Made by a program: the position numbers and the translations under genes. Source: Hydrolagus colliei (Eukaryota). Taken from it: a stretch of 64,000 nucleotides of DNA. Numbering within the stretch: the stretch's first letter is position 1; each line of letters starts with the position of its first letter. The notes beneath the pieces are model-generated. The model was not told the DNA's origin. It ran no database searches and worked only from the letters and a program-made list of their open reading frames with translations. The stretch lies in NCBI GenBank assembly GCA_035084275.1, contig CM068756.1, positions 1,364,001-1,428,000 on the forward strand, in the 5' to 3' direction. Below, piece by piece: positions 1-12,700 of the stretch.

Positions 1-599
1 CTAAGAGATTTTTTTTCTCCCATCGGGTCATTATTTTAATGAGTGCTTCTGAAATACAATATAAAAATGGTGGGGTCACACCCCATTACTGCACTTCAAA
101 AAAGAAATGTCACGCTCAAGATTGCTTAACTGCCAGTAAAGAGTCGTAAAGGGGATAACAAATGCTTTTTATCTGTGCGCCTAATGTTCACTGAAATGCT
201 TTACTTCGATGCCCATTATTAGCAATGGGAGGCGATTAAAGAAATTAGCTTTCCTTTCGCCGGCCGACGACAAGGGCGCGGGCGCAAGTGGGAAGACTGC
301 ACTGTTCACTGGGGGAATCGTGCCGATCACCCCCAACGTGAACATCGGGTTTCCAGTGTACGTGTTCCTCGGGAGTGAAGCCGCTCTGCGCACCGCTGTG
401 CCTTGCAATGGCCGTGCCGGTTTTTACCCAGGCTGTGTGTGCTTTGGCACGGCATGAAGGCAGGAAAATCTCCTCACTTCTCTGGGCTGCTGTGCAAACA
501 TTCCAGATAAGAGGAACGGCACCGCAGGGCGCTTTCTGCTGCTCTGGGCTGGCATCCAGAGGACGTTTTGATAGATGCAAAGAGCACCTGTCTGCAAAC

Positions 600-722
600 C
601 CGCACACCCCCCCCCCCTCCCACCCACCCACCCAACCCCCACCTCCCCTCCCTACCCTCATACACCACACACGCACACCACCTCCCCCCCCACCCCACAC
701 ACACACACACACACACCCACAC
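600..722 (+). repeat. C-rich / (CA)n low-complexity tract
   Basis: Poly-C runs followed by (CA)n. Confidence 0.85.
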
Positions 723-2154
723 AAGTACGTACATACAATTCGTCAGAGCCACTGCCGCTGAAAGCACAGCCTGCCTGCCACCTCTGCCAAGAGCAGCTTC
801 TGTTTCACATTACTACCACTGTAGAACAACACATTCAGTTGCTGCGTCGCAGCAAGCTTAGTCAGAGCCCTGCTGAAACATTAGCGTCCTTCCTGTCAAC
901 TCACTGGGCTTCGCAAAACGCCTGCCAAACAAGCAGCTGTCAGGCCGCGGATTCAAAGCTGCAGCGCTGCTACCCGCGGATGCTGCTGTGACACACTGCA
1001 AGCATTCACGAAGGCAGATGCCCGTCGGCAGCAAGCTTGTTGAAAATAACTGATAACAATCGGAATCCTCGCTTTCGACAAGAGCGCCTTATCACGTCGT
1101 GAAGTCGTCTCGAAGTGGATGGTCTCACAAACACACTACAGGTGGATGCTACAATACTCTGACATAACATTGCATCGGTTTCCACCCGCCCCCCCTCCCC
1201 GCCGCCCCCCCTCCCCGCCGCCCGTCCGAGTTGAAATTCAAAGCACTCTCGATGCGTTTAAACCTCAATATTATGGGGCTCGTTCTATTGACTCATAAGT
1301 GAAAGCATGCGAGAAAAACAAATAAGACTTTCGCCGATTATTTGCTCCTTAATAGTATTGAGTTTTGTACGGACGGATACATTATGCAACCAGCATATGC
1401 AAGGCATCTTAACCGCTCATGGACCAGCTGGTGTGGGACAAGATAATTAGTGCATTCTTCTGTTAATTACAATTTTTATTTAATTAATCAGGGGAGTCAT
1501 TAGGACCAATTTCAGGGCAATTTCTTCGAGCCGTGGAGGCTTTTGATCAGGTGGGAGAAATTAAGGTCTGACAAGTGCAAGTGAAAGGCCCAACTCAACT
1601 GCTTGCTGCTTGTGCCAAGGCCTCGCTGTCTGCCCGGGGACAGATTACCAGCCGACGGATCCAGCACCAGGAATCTGGGGCAGGGGCAGGATCATTGCCT
1701 GGCACTTTGCACTAATTTGATTCAAATCACCTCACAGAAGCCGAGCTTTTACTTAGAATTACACAAAACCGCCCGGCGTAAATTACTCTGTGCCGTTCAC
1801 GCCGCGGCCTTGAACAAATCAGCTGCAAATCACCCCCCCCCCCCCCACCCCCGCAACGAGTGCCCGCATGTGGGCACAGCGGAAACTGCATCGACTCGTG
1901 ACGTACAGCGGCAGCAAACTGACACCTGACGGACAGTTGCATCCACAGTGCTTTCTGCCTCTTTAAACAGAACGAAGCCTAGGTTCAATTCGAGCCTAGG
2001 TTTCAGCATTCTGGTTTCAAAAGGGGCGTTGCTCCAACAAGCAAAACACTTTCCAGAGTTACCTTTGACAGGTAACATTTCAAAACATTTCAATCCCTTT
2101 ACGTTACAGTTTGGGTAGAGTGTGTGTGTGTGTGTGGTGTGGGGGAGGGGGGGA

Positions 2155-2354
2155 NNNNNNNNNNNNNNNNNNNNNNNNNNNNNNNNNNNNNNNNNNNNNN
2201 NNNNNNNNNNNNNNNNNNNNNNNNNNNNNNNNNNNNNNNNNNNNNNNNNNNNNNNNNNNNNNNNNNNNNNNNNNNNNNNNNNNNNNNNNNNNNNNNNNNN
2301 NNNNNNNNNNNNNNNNNNNNNNNNNNNNNNNNNNNNNNNNNNNNNNNNNNNNNN
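2155..2354. other. Assembly gap (200 N)
   Basis: N run directly after a (GT)n/poly-G tract. Confidence 1.
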
Positions 2355-3894
2355 TACACTCTTTCTCTCCTTTTTATCTCCTTCAATTCTGCACTCGAAT
2401 AAATCTCTTCCACAAATAAAATCTAAGTCACTTCTGCCAGCAGAATGCACTGCGACATCACGATATGACAGTCTCCCCAGTGTCAGTAGGTGTAAGACAT
2501 TCGCCTCGTGAGTGAGCGGGCAGATGTGAGCGAACGAGAGAGAGCGAGCAAGCAAGCACGAGAGACACGGAGATGAGTTATGAGAGCTCGCCGAGCTCAC
2601 CCAGGCATGTTCTGGGTATTTGAGCTGAGGCCGATAGAACCTTTTCCCTTTAAGGTACTCGGCGGTTAGAAACAGAACTGTGACGGTGAGTGCACCGAAG
2701 AAGCAGGGTGTGGACAGTCACCATGTTGCTTTCCCTTTTAATTGCCACTTGTCATTTTAAGGTAGCCGTTTGCCACCTGGCCACTATTTGTTTAAATCTA
2801 TTACACTCTAATGAGCGCAAAAATGTAAATGTGGTGGGTGTGGGGGGGGGTGATGGCGGGGGGAGAGAGAGGAGGGAGGGGAGGGAGGGAGGGAGAGGGA
2901 GGGGGAGAGAACCTAGACCTATTTAGATAAAGACAATTGTGGCCTCAGGACTGGGCAGTCACCCCCATTAGTCAGTCACAGACACATTGATGTGTAACAG
3001 ACGCTTACAAAGACAGGGCTGTGATGCTGTCCAGCTGGGGCTGATCCTGCTGTGAACTTGGGAGAGCGAGAGGGAGATAGAAATCATGAAGGGTCACGCT
3101 GTACTGAAAGACGCTCGGTTTCTTCACGCTTTCCCTTTAACTCCTGGCTGTATAAAAGGCAGACCTGATTCCTTTAAATTTCAACCCACTTGTCAACCCG
3201 AGGTCAAGTTCGAAGATGAAGAAGCCTAGCCAAACCATAGTGCCAGCTTTGACTTGCTGAGCCGACCTAGGCTGAAACACCGCGCTTCCAAATGGATTTG
3301 TGCAATGCCATTCAAATAATATTGACACAGAGAGAATTTTAAAAATCAGGATAATTACAGAAGCTAATTTTTATACATATTTTTAAGAGACACACACATC
3401 AGTATCTCCGTGGTCAGTTGTCATATTTAATTGCCGAATATTTTCAGCCTTTAAATGTCACAGGCAGCTTGCTCAACAATACGTTGTCAACCAGGCTTCC
3501 TATGGAAATTTATTGGAAGAAAATCATTCTCTTCTGAAAGTGTCTTGACTGCTTCGTCACTGGGGTGTATTACATACAGATACAACAGTACTTCACTTTG
3601 GACAGCAATGGTCAAGAGGGCTATTCACTCGCAGGGAATCATAACCCGAGCCTGAACTGGCACCCACACTGCCACGGGCCTTCTGAGGCCCAGGCCAACG
3701 GATAGCGATCTAGAGCGGCACCGTGGCCGATTCTCCCTCCTGAACCTATCGTGGGGCCTCAACTGGCGAAATCAGCTGATTTGCCCACACAAACACACAG
3801 TCACTTGACAGTAAATCCCGCGAAAACAGAAGGGAGTTTTTCCCAGTGCCCTGGCCAACAATCCTCCCCGGATTAAATTGGTTGTTTGCGTCAT

Positions 3895-4037
3895 GGCTGT
3901 TTGTTGGGACATCGCAGCGCATGAATTGGCTGCTGCGTTCGCCCACAAAATACTTCACAGTAAATCCTGTTAACTGCTTTGAGACGTCTGCTCGGTGTGA
4001 AAGACACAATGTCAAAATGTAAGGATTATTATTATTA
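3895..4037 (+). mobile_element. Diverged SINE 3' half
   Basis: tgttgggacatcgcagcgcatgaattggctgctgcgttcgcccaca...gctttgagacgtc...aaggattattatta. Confidence 0.75.
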
Positions 4038-4479
4038 CAATAATAAAGATTTGTTTATTATTATAATAATGATAAAGATCTGAAAATCAGCTGCGACCAC
4101 AGAGGTCAAGTCAGCTGAGCAGCCCGTCTTTGAAAAGGGATAATTTTGGAGAAAATAGTTTTTCCACAATAAACCTTAATGCAGTAGCATTTCTCTGCGG
4201 TGTAGGGCAGCTGTGGCTGCAGTCAGTCAGCATAATGTAAGTGACTCAAACAGCAAAATAAACATTGCCTCTATACAACAAGGCATTGGAGAAGGTAAAT
4301 TACTGTGTCCATTATAAAACACTATTTGTGATTAAAACCAGGTAGGTTCTGGCTTACCATGGCCTAACTCTTGGTGCGTGGTTAGGACACAAGCACTAAA
4401 CAAAGCTCGGGGGGGGGGGGGGTGTGGGTGGTGGGGGGGAGAAGAGGTGGAAGAGAAAAAAAACGAAATGACGCTTAGC

Positions 4480-4720
4480 CCAACAGCCTGTCATGTCTGC
4501 CATTTGTCATACAAATGAGTCACTAGGACATTGTTTGCACTGACTGCTGGGATTGGCATTAATGACAGATGTGGGCTACACTGTCAAAACCGAACGGGCT
4601 ATTCCGACTGCACACTCCTAATGATTAATAAGGTGTACTGAAATTAAAGTCAGCACAAGCACCATTACCAGAACGTCGTTTGTCACTGACAATAAATGTT
4701 AAATTTCAGGCCTGAAAAGG
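4480..4720. promoter_or_regulatory. Candidate enhancer (TALE/MEIS TGACA cluster + AP-1)
   Basis: Six TGACA/TGTCA sites in ~200 bp, TGAGTCA at 4516-4522, and TAATGATTAAT. Conservation was not tested. Confidence 0.4.
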
Positions 4721-6808
4721 CGTCGGCTGGGCTTCTTCCAACCACACAGAGCAACTTGTTCAAATAATCAAAGCAAGGAGGGTTGGAAGGGTTAGTGGGG
4801 GGAAGGTGAAGGGGTGATCGGGCAGGCACAGAGCTGTGCTGAATCCTCTTTGCCACGTCTCTATCTGGGCAGGGGAATCTTTGCAGCTGGTTTTAGGCCT
4901 TTCTTTTTTTGTATTAAATCTCCATTATTCCATCCCATTGCTGTCAACTTTTAGTTTTAACCCTTGCCACCCACCCATCTCCGCCAAATAAAAATCGGGT
5001 CTCTTTCGTTCACACCTATTTGTACTGAAAGATATTTTAATCGCTGAGCCTGGAAACCATGCAGCAGCTTTGCCAAGTTCCAAGTGCGTTACAATAGTTT
5101 TCATAAAGAAAATAGTAAAATCTAGGGCATTTGTAAAATTCAAGAATTTTATATGGTCGTAGAGATCACTGCGCCACAGATGTTAAAGTGAAATCGAGAG
5201 CCACATGGATTGCTTCACTCTTGCCAATGTATGCCATATGTGACTTCAATCCCCTTCAGTGTATTGCTAAGGTGCTCGCTTACAAAAAAATAATGCCCGT
5301 TTGGTCCAAACCAGCCCCAAATTTTCAGCTGCGTAACAAAACAGCAGAACATTGAAACTGCTGGATCATGTGGGGAACAAGTATTTATTTGAAAATTAGA
5401 TGAGCATCATGTCTAAGCATATCTAGCAACCTAAAACAAGAGAGGGTTGTTCAGCCTCCAAGTCCTTTGTGAATGTCCACCACAAAGTAACCAATAATAA
5501 TAATCTTCAGTCATCCTCCCAGCCACCAGCACTCACAGAAAATTGCCACAGCCTCACACCGTCCAACAAAATGAGAGCTGATGCTCAACCCGTTCAAAAG
5601 CAGATAGGGGATCTGCCACGAAAAGCACACAGTCACTACACAGTACAGTAAGTCCTGTGAAGCGTTTGAGATGTTCTCACAACGTTAAATGCTCTGCATC
5701 AAATGCAAGGATGTGTTTGTTATTGTCATGAATGAATCAACCTGGAGAAGAGTCAACGCATCATTAAATCTCATTGAATTCATTTGGAATCGAAATCTAG
5801 CAAGCATTAGTTTTACCGTGATCGGTAGCCAGCTCGCTGGGTGGGGTAATAATGCACATCTGCTCCCTGCAGTAACTGTCTGTAACATTGTCTCCGAACC
5901 TCATGCTTATGTGCTCCAAATTGCTGCAGTTTGAAAAAGCTTCTATCGAATAAATATTAAAATTATATGTTGCAATTGCATCTCCATTAACAGCGGATCG
6001 AATTGCACTTGAAATTCGTAGCAAATGAAAAGCAGAAAAAAACTCTTCTCTTAATAAAATCCTGCTGGAAAGTTCTGCTGTGGGACTATTGTCCAAAAAG
6101 GCTTTGGAAATAAAAAAAAAGTCATCAGCGAATGCAACTTTATTTTAAGAGCTCTTTCATCTGTTTTTTTTTTATAAACCAGCCTTCAGGTTTGAAGGAG
6201 GGCTTGAGGTGTCTCAAACTATTTATTTATTCCCGGGGAATTTGCCAGTGAAACTCAAGAAGTCTCATCGATCACGCAGGCTTTCTTGGCACTGGCAGTC
6301 AGAATCGGAGGAATTAAGGCACAGGAGGAAGCCATTCGGCCTGACGGGAGGTGCGGAGAAGCTGTAAGACCAGCCCTTGTACAGTTTGCAACAGAGGGAC
6401 AGGAGCTAAAGTCTGCGTGTTGTCAAAGCAGACCCACACAAACATCTGCCAGCCCCATTGTACTCCCGGCCAAGGATTAATTTTTCCCGGAGCCCTGCCA
6501 TTCAGGCATCTTGATAACTACTGGAGAGCTCGAAGAGTGGGAGTGAGAGGTTCTGATTGTTCCTTCATGTCTCCTTTTTGGCAGGTTTTGATCCATGCAG
6601 TCTCAGGCCCCGAGAGCAGTACAGAGACTGGGGCCTTGTCACTTAAGAGACACAGGTTAGCCTCGCTGCCAGGAAACACACACTGACTGACAGCTGACAA
6701 AACACCACCCAGTCTGTGTCTGGGGGGGAAAAGGCAAAGGTGGGGGGTGGAGGGGTAGGAACAGGCGTTAAGGATGAGGTGGGAGTGTATCAGGGAGCCC
6801 ACAGATTG

Positions 6809-6930
6809 CAACAACAACAAAATCACATTTGTAGAGCGCCTTTCATGTTGGGAGGATGTCCCAAGGCGCTAAACAGTCAGGTCGGGACCCGAGCAAGGGA
6901 AGGAGGGAGTAGCGGGAGAGAGTTAGGAGG
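6809..6930 (-). mobile_element. L2 tail fragment
   Basis: caacaacaacaaaatcacatttgtagagcgcctttcatgttgggaggatgtcccaaggcgct. Confidence 0.75.
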
Positions 6931-7279
6931 GGGTGGGGGGGGGGGGAGACTTAGGAGGGGTTAGCTGCTCATATTCATATATACACACACACATACACAC
7001 ACGTGTCCACTGCCTCCTTTCAATTTGGTCTAACTCGGCCAAAACAATCTAGAAGTAAATATAATTTAGCTCGAGTTAATTTACCCTAACCCAACCTGTG
7101 AATTTTAAGTAACTGCAAGCTTGCCTCAATATTGGTATCCCCTCCCCACATCTCCACTCCCGAAACTTACCAACTTCAAATTGTTAATTCGTTATGAAAT
7201 GAATTATGAAATGAATAGTTGCGTACTTAGCATGGGGTGCATGAACGCTACACAAACTCCCAGCACAAAGTTTTCAAGA

Positions 7280-7800
7280 TGACTCCATTAATGGGCATCT
7301 CATTAAGACGCTTGATCAGATTCCTTTGCCAAAGTAAATATTTAACAGGATCTCAAATTGAGAGCTTTAATTTTATCACTATGCCAACAGTGAAGTGTAG
7401 AGACCTTGCAGAGATCCCATCCTTAAAATGCAAATATGAGAGATTAAAACACAGTTAATATCAAATAAATGACCTCCATTTGCATACTGCATTAATGACC
7501 CTGTCAGAGTGCGTTTGCTGTGATTAATCCGGTGACATTTTCAATTCAAAACACAACACCTGAAAAAAAAAGCCCTGCTTTGTAATTCTTACTTTTTAAA
7601 ATCAGCCTGTTGGGTTATTACCTTATAATTGGTTCCTTTTAATGTCAGGCAAATCATTTTTATGAAAGAGAGACTTAATAAAGGTTCAAAATTGCAGTAT
7701 AAACGAGGGTTGAGTAAGCACAAAGTGCTCAAGGCAAAACCAAGTGCAATGCAAATGGCTTTGGGTGCAAATCGCAACAGCCTCGCTCCCCACCATCCTC
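7280..7800. promoter_or_regulatory. Candidate conserved enhancer (POU octamer / homeodomain motif cluster)
   Basis: Octamers ATGCAAAT at 7428-7435, ATTTGCAT at 7478-7485 and ATGCAAAT at 7749-7756; TAATCC at 7525-7530; many TAAT/ATTA cores; repeat-free. Conservation was not tested. Confidence 0.45.
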
Positions 7801-8678
7801 TGAGTCAATTAACAGTTTTTCTTGAGGTTAATAAAACGTTATTGTGTCTTTGATAATTTTTTTAAAAAATAGACATATATCTTCGTGTTTTTTAAAAAAA
7901 AACTAATTCCTGAATCATGCACAATCACCCATTGTAATATTAAACGCGATGTGTAAAAAAAAAGTCACATCAAAATCACATGTGTGTAATTTCACTGTGC
8001 TGACACGCACTGCCACTTCAAAGACGTGAGAAAAATGCTTCAACACGTGTGAACTGCAATTCCACCGCTCCGAGCAAATGTTCCCTTTTTCGGTCTTTCT
8101 TATTAAGAGAACCTGACACTGTCCAGAGGATACGCCTCTGTTTCGATTCTCGGAAAATACTCTTTTCGTCAGCGTGCAGCATTAGTGTTCTGTCTGTTTC
8201 TTCCAACTTCTGCTCTTTCAACTCTCAATGTGAGGTCAGAGTTACCAGCCTTGAACCGGACAGTCAAACAGAGCATTAAAAACAGGGGCTGAGAAAGCAA
8301 CCAATTTGCTTAATATTTGCACTTTCAGCATTTCTTAAGTTTGCACAGCTGCAGAACAGACTGAAAGTGTGGGGTGTGGGGGGGTGGGAAGGGGGGGGGG
8401 GGCAATTTGGGTGCATGAGAACTGGAGGTGGAGTGGGGAGCGGGTGCTGGGGGTAGGGTTTTGTGTATGTAGGGGAGTGGGAGGGGGTGGGGGCATGTTC
8501 CCAGAAGAAGTGCACAAACATCCAGAAACAATTGTGCCAGAAGTCACCGGTGATGTGGAGAAGTCCGAGGCACTTTCGAAGCCTATTGGTGTTCTTAAAA
8601 ATAATTCTGTGCAGCCCATACCATGATCAAGCAAAGGCACAGAAGAACAGTGTGATATTCTCAGAAACTGAGAGCCAT

Positions 8679-8742
8679 CAACAACAACAAAATTACATTT
8701 GTAGAGTGCCTTTCACGTCGGGAGGAATATCCCAAGGTGCTG
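8679..8742 (-). mobile_element. L2 tail fragment
   Basis: caacaacaacaaaattacatttgtagagtgcctttcacgtcgggaggaatatcccaaggtgctga. Confidence 0.75.
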
Positions 8743-9684
8743 AAAAGGATCAGGATAATGCTTCCTCCTTCTGCTAATATCCAGTGGGGGTGGTGGTGGT
8801 GGGGTGGGGGTGGGGGGCAACCTCTTTCTGCTCGGAGATGCTGCACGGATACTTTTTGTATGTATCGGGAGTACATCTTATCACAAATATGATAAATCAA
8901 GTTGAATATTGCTTCTATTTTTAGAAAGTGTGTATTGATCACATTTTGTAGTGTTCTAAGAAAAGCTGATAGCACAGCCTTGCACTCAAAACAGCCATGG
9001 CTTTGTAAATGTATTTACCACAGTCAGCAAGCCTCTCTTTATTGTACAAATGTTGCGGAGAACTGAGGAGAATTGCCCCAAGGATTACTGCGACACTAAT
9101 CAAATGGGTATTTGTATCTTACTAGGTCTGAAATTGATCGAAACGATCAATCGCAGATCAGTTCTACAAGGCCTCATTAGCTTTGTGCAAACATAGTTAA
9201 CAAGTGCTTTTCAACAGGAACCAGAGCCCAGACGCAAATCATTCAATTGAGCTGACTTTCCCAATATTGAGAAGTGTCAGCACACTGACACCAAGGACAA
9301 TAACAGAAGAATAAAATGAACCTCTGTCATTTTTTTTTCTTGCTGCTGCTAAAAAAAGAACTTGGTTGATGTACCTTAAAGTACTTAGCTTTCCCCCCCA
9401 TCCCCCAAAAAAGTGTCAATTATTTCAGCCATTTTTTGCTCAGGTTATTGGATTAATTCAGAATTCTAGCTGGCTTGTCAAAAATGTCCGCTCGTCTGTC
9501 TTTCCCCACTGAAAGATGTGCCAAATGAACACGAAGTGAGACTTATCAAGACTTTCCTCTTTCACTGTGCCTTCAGCATCCCATTCGCCCTGTGTGTGTG
9601 TATATGCGCATGTGGGTGAAGGGTAGGTGTGTGTGTGTGGGCGAGAGAGGGAGGGAGAAATGGCAAATAAATTTTAAGTGTGAA

Positions 9685-9750
9685 AATAATAATAATCCTT
9701 GCGTTTGATATAGGCAAGGATTCAAGCCTTCCAGACATCTCAAAGCACTT
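9685..9750 (-). mobile_element. SINE 3' tail fragment
   Basis: aataataataatccttgcgtttgatata...gacatctcaaagcactt. Confidence 0.65.
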
Positions 9751-12700
9751 CTTGGAAACGAGAACACACAACACTAAGGCGAGAACTGCGGCGATATTCA
9801 GGGCACGCACACATCGCACTTTCACAAAGCTTTTGTTTTGCGATGTGGCGCAGATCTGGCAAAGCTGTCACAATCCTGTTCCAAAGTGAGTTGGCACCAA
9901 GTGATCTCTTGTCAACGCACCCACGCTAAGTAGGTATTGCCATTATGTGCCGCTCGTTACAGCAGCCAGTGTTACAGTAATAAACACTACTATTATGTAC
10001 ATGCAGTTAATGTATCCTTCATTTAAAACCTGAAACTGTGCAGTCTTTAAATTCAGTTCTAAAAACATAGTCGTCCCTCCCTCCCACCCCCCCTCCCCCC
10101 CCCCCCCCCCCCCCCACCTCTCTGCTGTCTAAGGTTGTCTGGCAACTTACATGAATGTATGTGCCTTTGGGCAAATTATGAATGATAAATTAAGACAGTT
10201 TAAAATGAAAAAATGTAGACCTGAAGCATATTTTTTGTTGTGGGGGGGGGGGGGTGGGGGGGGGTGGGGGGAATTCTTTCTCGCCCTCTATCCTATTCCA
10301 AAACCATGATCCTTACTGGGTGGGGGCTTGCGTGGGGTAAGGTTTTACGGGTGCCAAACAAAAACACACAGAGGCAACTTGGCAACAAAACCAAGTGTGT
10401 GTTGCCTTTCTCTGGCGGAGAGCAAGACTAACTGGGAATCAGTCAGTTGGTCTTCTGGTCTGTGTGTCTGAGTACTGAACTGGGTGGGGCCTTTCCCCTC
10501 TTGGCCGGTGGAGTGGGGGAAGAGGGGGGGGGGGGAGGGGGTGAGAGGAGAAAACCACATGTATGTTTATAATTATACATGAAAACATTCGGTTATATAT
10601 CCTTGAACCAGTAATTGTTGCCAAGCATATTGTGTACATAACGATACAGGACTCCACCAAGAGCCCTTGGGGCTTCGCTACATGTACAATAACCACAAAC
10701 CTTTTGAGTGACTCATGTATTTACAAACCATGACATGTTGAAATCAAAGGAAATACCGCACAACATAATTTGCATCAACATGTCAAGAGACCTTACGATT
10801 TATGGGCCAGCCCAGAACAGGTGGAGCCCATGCGCTCGCTCTTCCCATCCAGCGCTCTCTGCAACGCTGCGAACTCCTCAACTACTTTTGGCCTCTTCTG
10901 CTTTGGGGAGAGCCGGAGGGCAGCCCCGTTAAGAAGCGGCTGCTTCCTGTTGTATTCACCAGAGTTAGACTACAAACAAGAAACGTGTTGTAATCAAAGC
11001 TGTGTCCTAGCCCACCCCCCCACCCCCCCCCCACCCGTGGCTCATCAATTCTTGAACTCACAGAAAAACCCACCTTCACTTTCCCCCCCACCCCACCCCC
11101 CCCCCCCCCACCCCACCCCTCCCAGCAATACATTTCACACCTCGGGAGGAAATAACGCTGGAAAGTCAGCACTTTTACCACACGTCCTGCGGCAAACAAA
11201 ACGTGCATGTTTTTCACCCCTGGCGGCACTCCCATTTATGACAATTATTGAACCTTTCAAGCCCATTCAAAGGCAGAGAGCGCAATAATGGACACATTCA
11301 ATCAAAAGTATTTTTTTTTATCTAGACTGTGCGAGTGGCAATCTCGCTCGCCTCTGTCCCTGTCTTGTTGGTGGGTGGTCTGAAGTGCGTGGGGGCAATC
11401 AGATAATATCACGAGGAAACTCTACGTTTCAGGATGGCAGTCCAGGGATGCCAGGGACTGAATTAGTAGCTGACATACATCCTGAACTGTCTGTTGTCAC
11501 TTATAGAAAACCCAAGGCAACAAATCATTTTACATTGATTTTCTTCTTGGGGTGGTTAGGTTTGATGTGACGGCGTGAAGATGCTGTTTGAAGATAAAAG
11601 CAGTGACGAGTGACATAGGGACAGGAGACGTCAGCAACCTGGGGACCCGAAGGTGTGTTGCATCAAGCGATTGCAGCCCGCAGCGTTAGCCAGCTACCTA
11701 TCCGTTTACGTGTTTGGGAAGGGACCAGGGCACTCGACCAAGACCCCGCACTGATTGCTGCCCGGCTAACGCCAGCAACCCCGGGGATGCCGTATAGGGC
11801 AGTAGAAGTGCTGCTCTTTACTGTTGCTGAGGAGCAGTGAAAACCCCCGTCAAAAACAGGCAGACCTGCGCAGAGCAGGAGGCAGCCAAGAGTGAGGCCT
11901 GGAAACGTACCTAGGACCTTCGCTCACACACAAAGGTGCATTGTAAGGAGTTAATAATTGCAGAGGATGCTGCTGTTGGGGACTGTTTCTGGTTGATGTG
12001 CACATTGCTAGTGCCTATATTTAGCGTATTACGCCTTCCCAAAAAAATACAGGTTCCTCATTCCCCCTCGAGCTATTTGTTTGGGTTTTGATGTAATCAC
12101 AAATCCCTGACTGTATTCGTTGAATACTGAAAACACCTTCACAGAGGAAAGCACACAGGGCCAGATGTGCACAGGTCAGTGGTCCCGGCAGCAAACACTA
12201 TCCTGTGTCTATCAGCTGGGCGAACAGTATTCTCTGCTTCGAATGTTTTTACTAGAGGGCGACTGTAAGTGGAATGGTGCACATCTCAAACTCTCCTGAT
12301 TTATTTGCTGATTTGGCGCATCTAGGTTCTGGGACACGATAATTCAGCACCATGTCTCAGGTTATGACAAGGGGAGAGAGAGAAGACTGAGTGAGGGAGA
12401 GAGAGAGAGAAAGAAAAAAATCATCCATACCTTTGGGGGCGCACTATTCTGTCTCATTTACTGTCCTGAGCAGTGCAGGTAAGTTTTTCTGTTGATAACT
12501 GGGAGAAGGCCCTCTGATTTATTAGTAATTTTTATGCCTTGTTTACAGTACCTTAGTTAGCATTAAACACAGCCATTTGAGATGTTGATAAGATGTGGAA
12601 AGCGCTATATAAATGTAAGGATTATTATTATATATATTGTATATATAATTACTTCTGCCCGGGGTTACAGTAGAGGTAACATAGGTTTGAGCTGTGCATT

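Noticed and set aside
245-2600. Multiple 100-250 aa ORFs
   Set aside because: They are generated by (CA)n/poly-C low-complexity sequence and the N gap.
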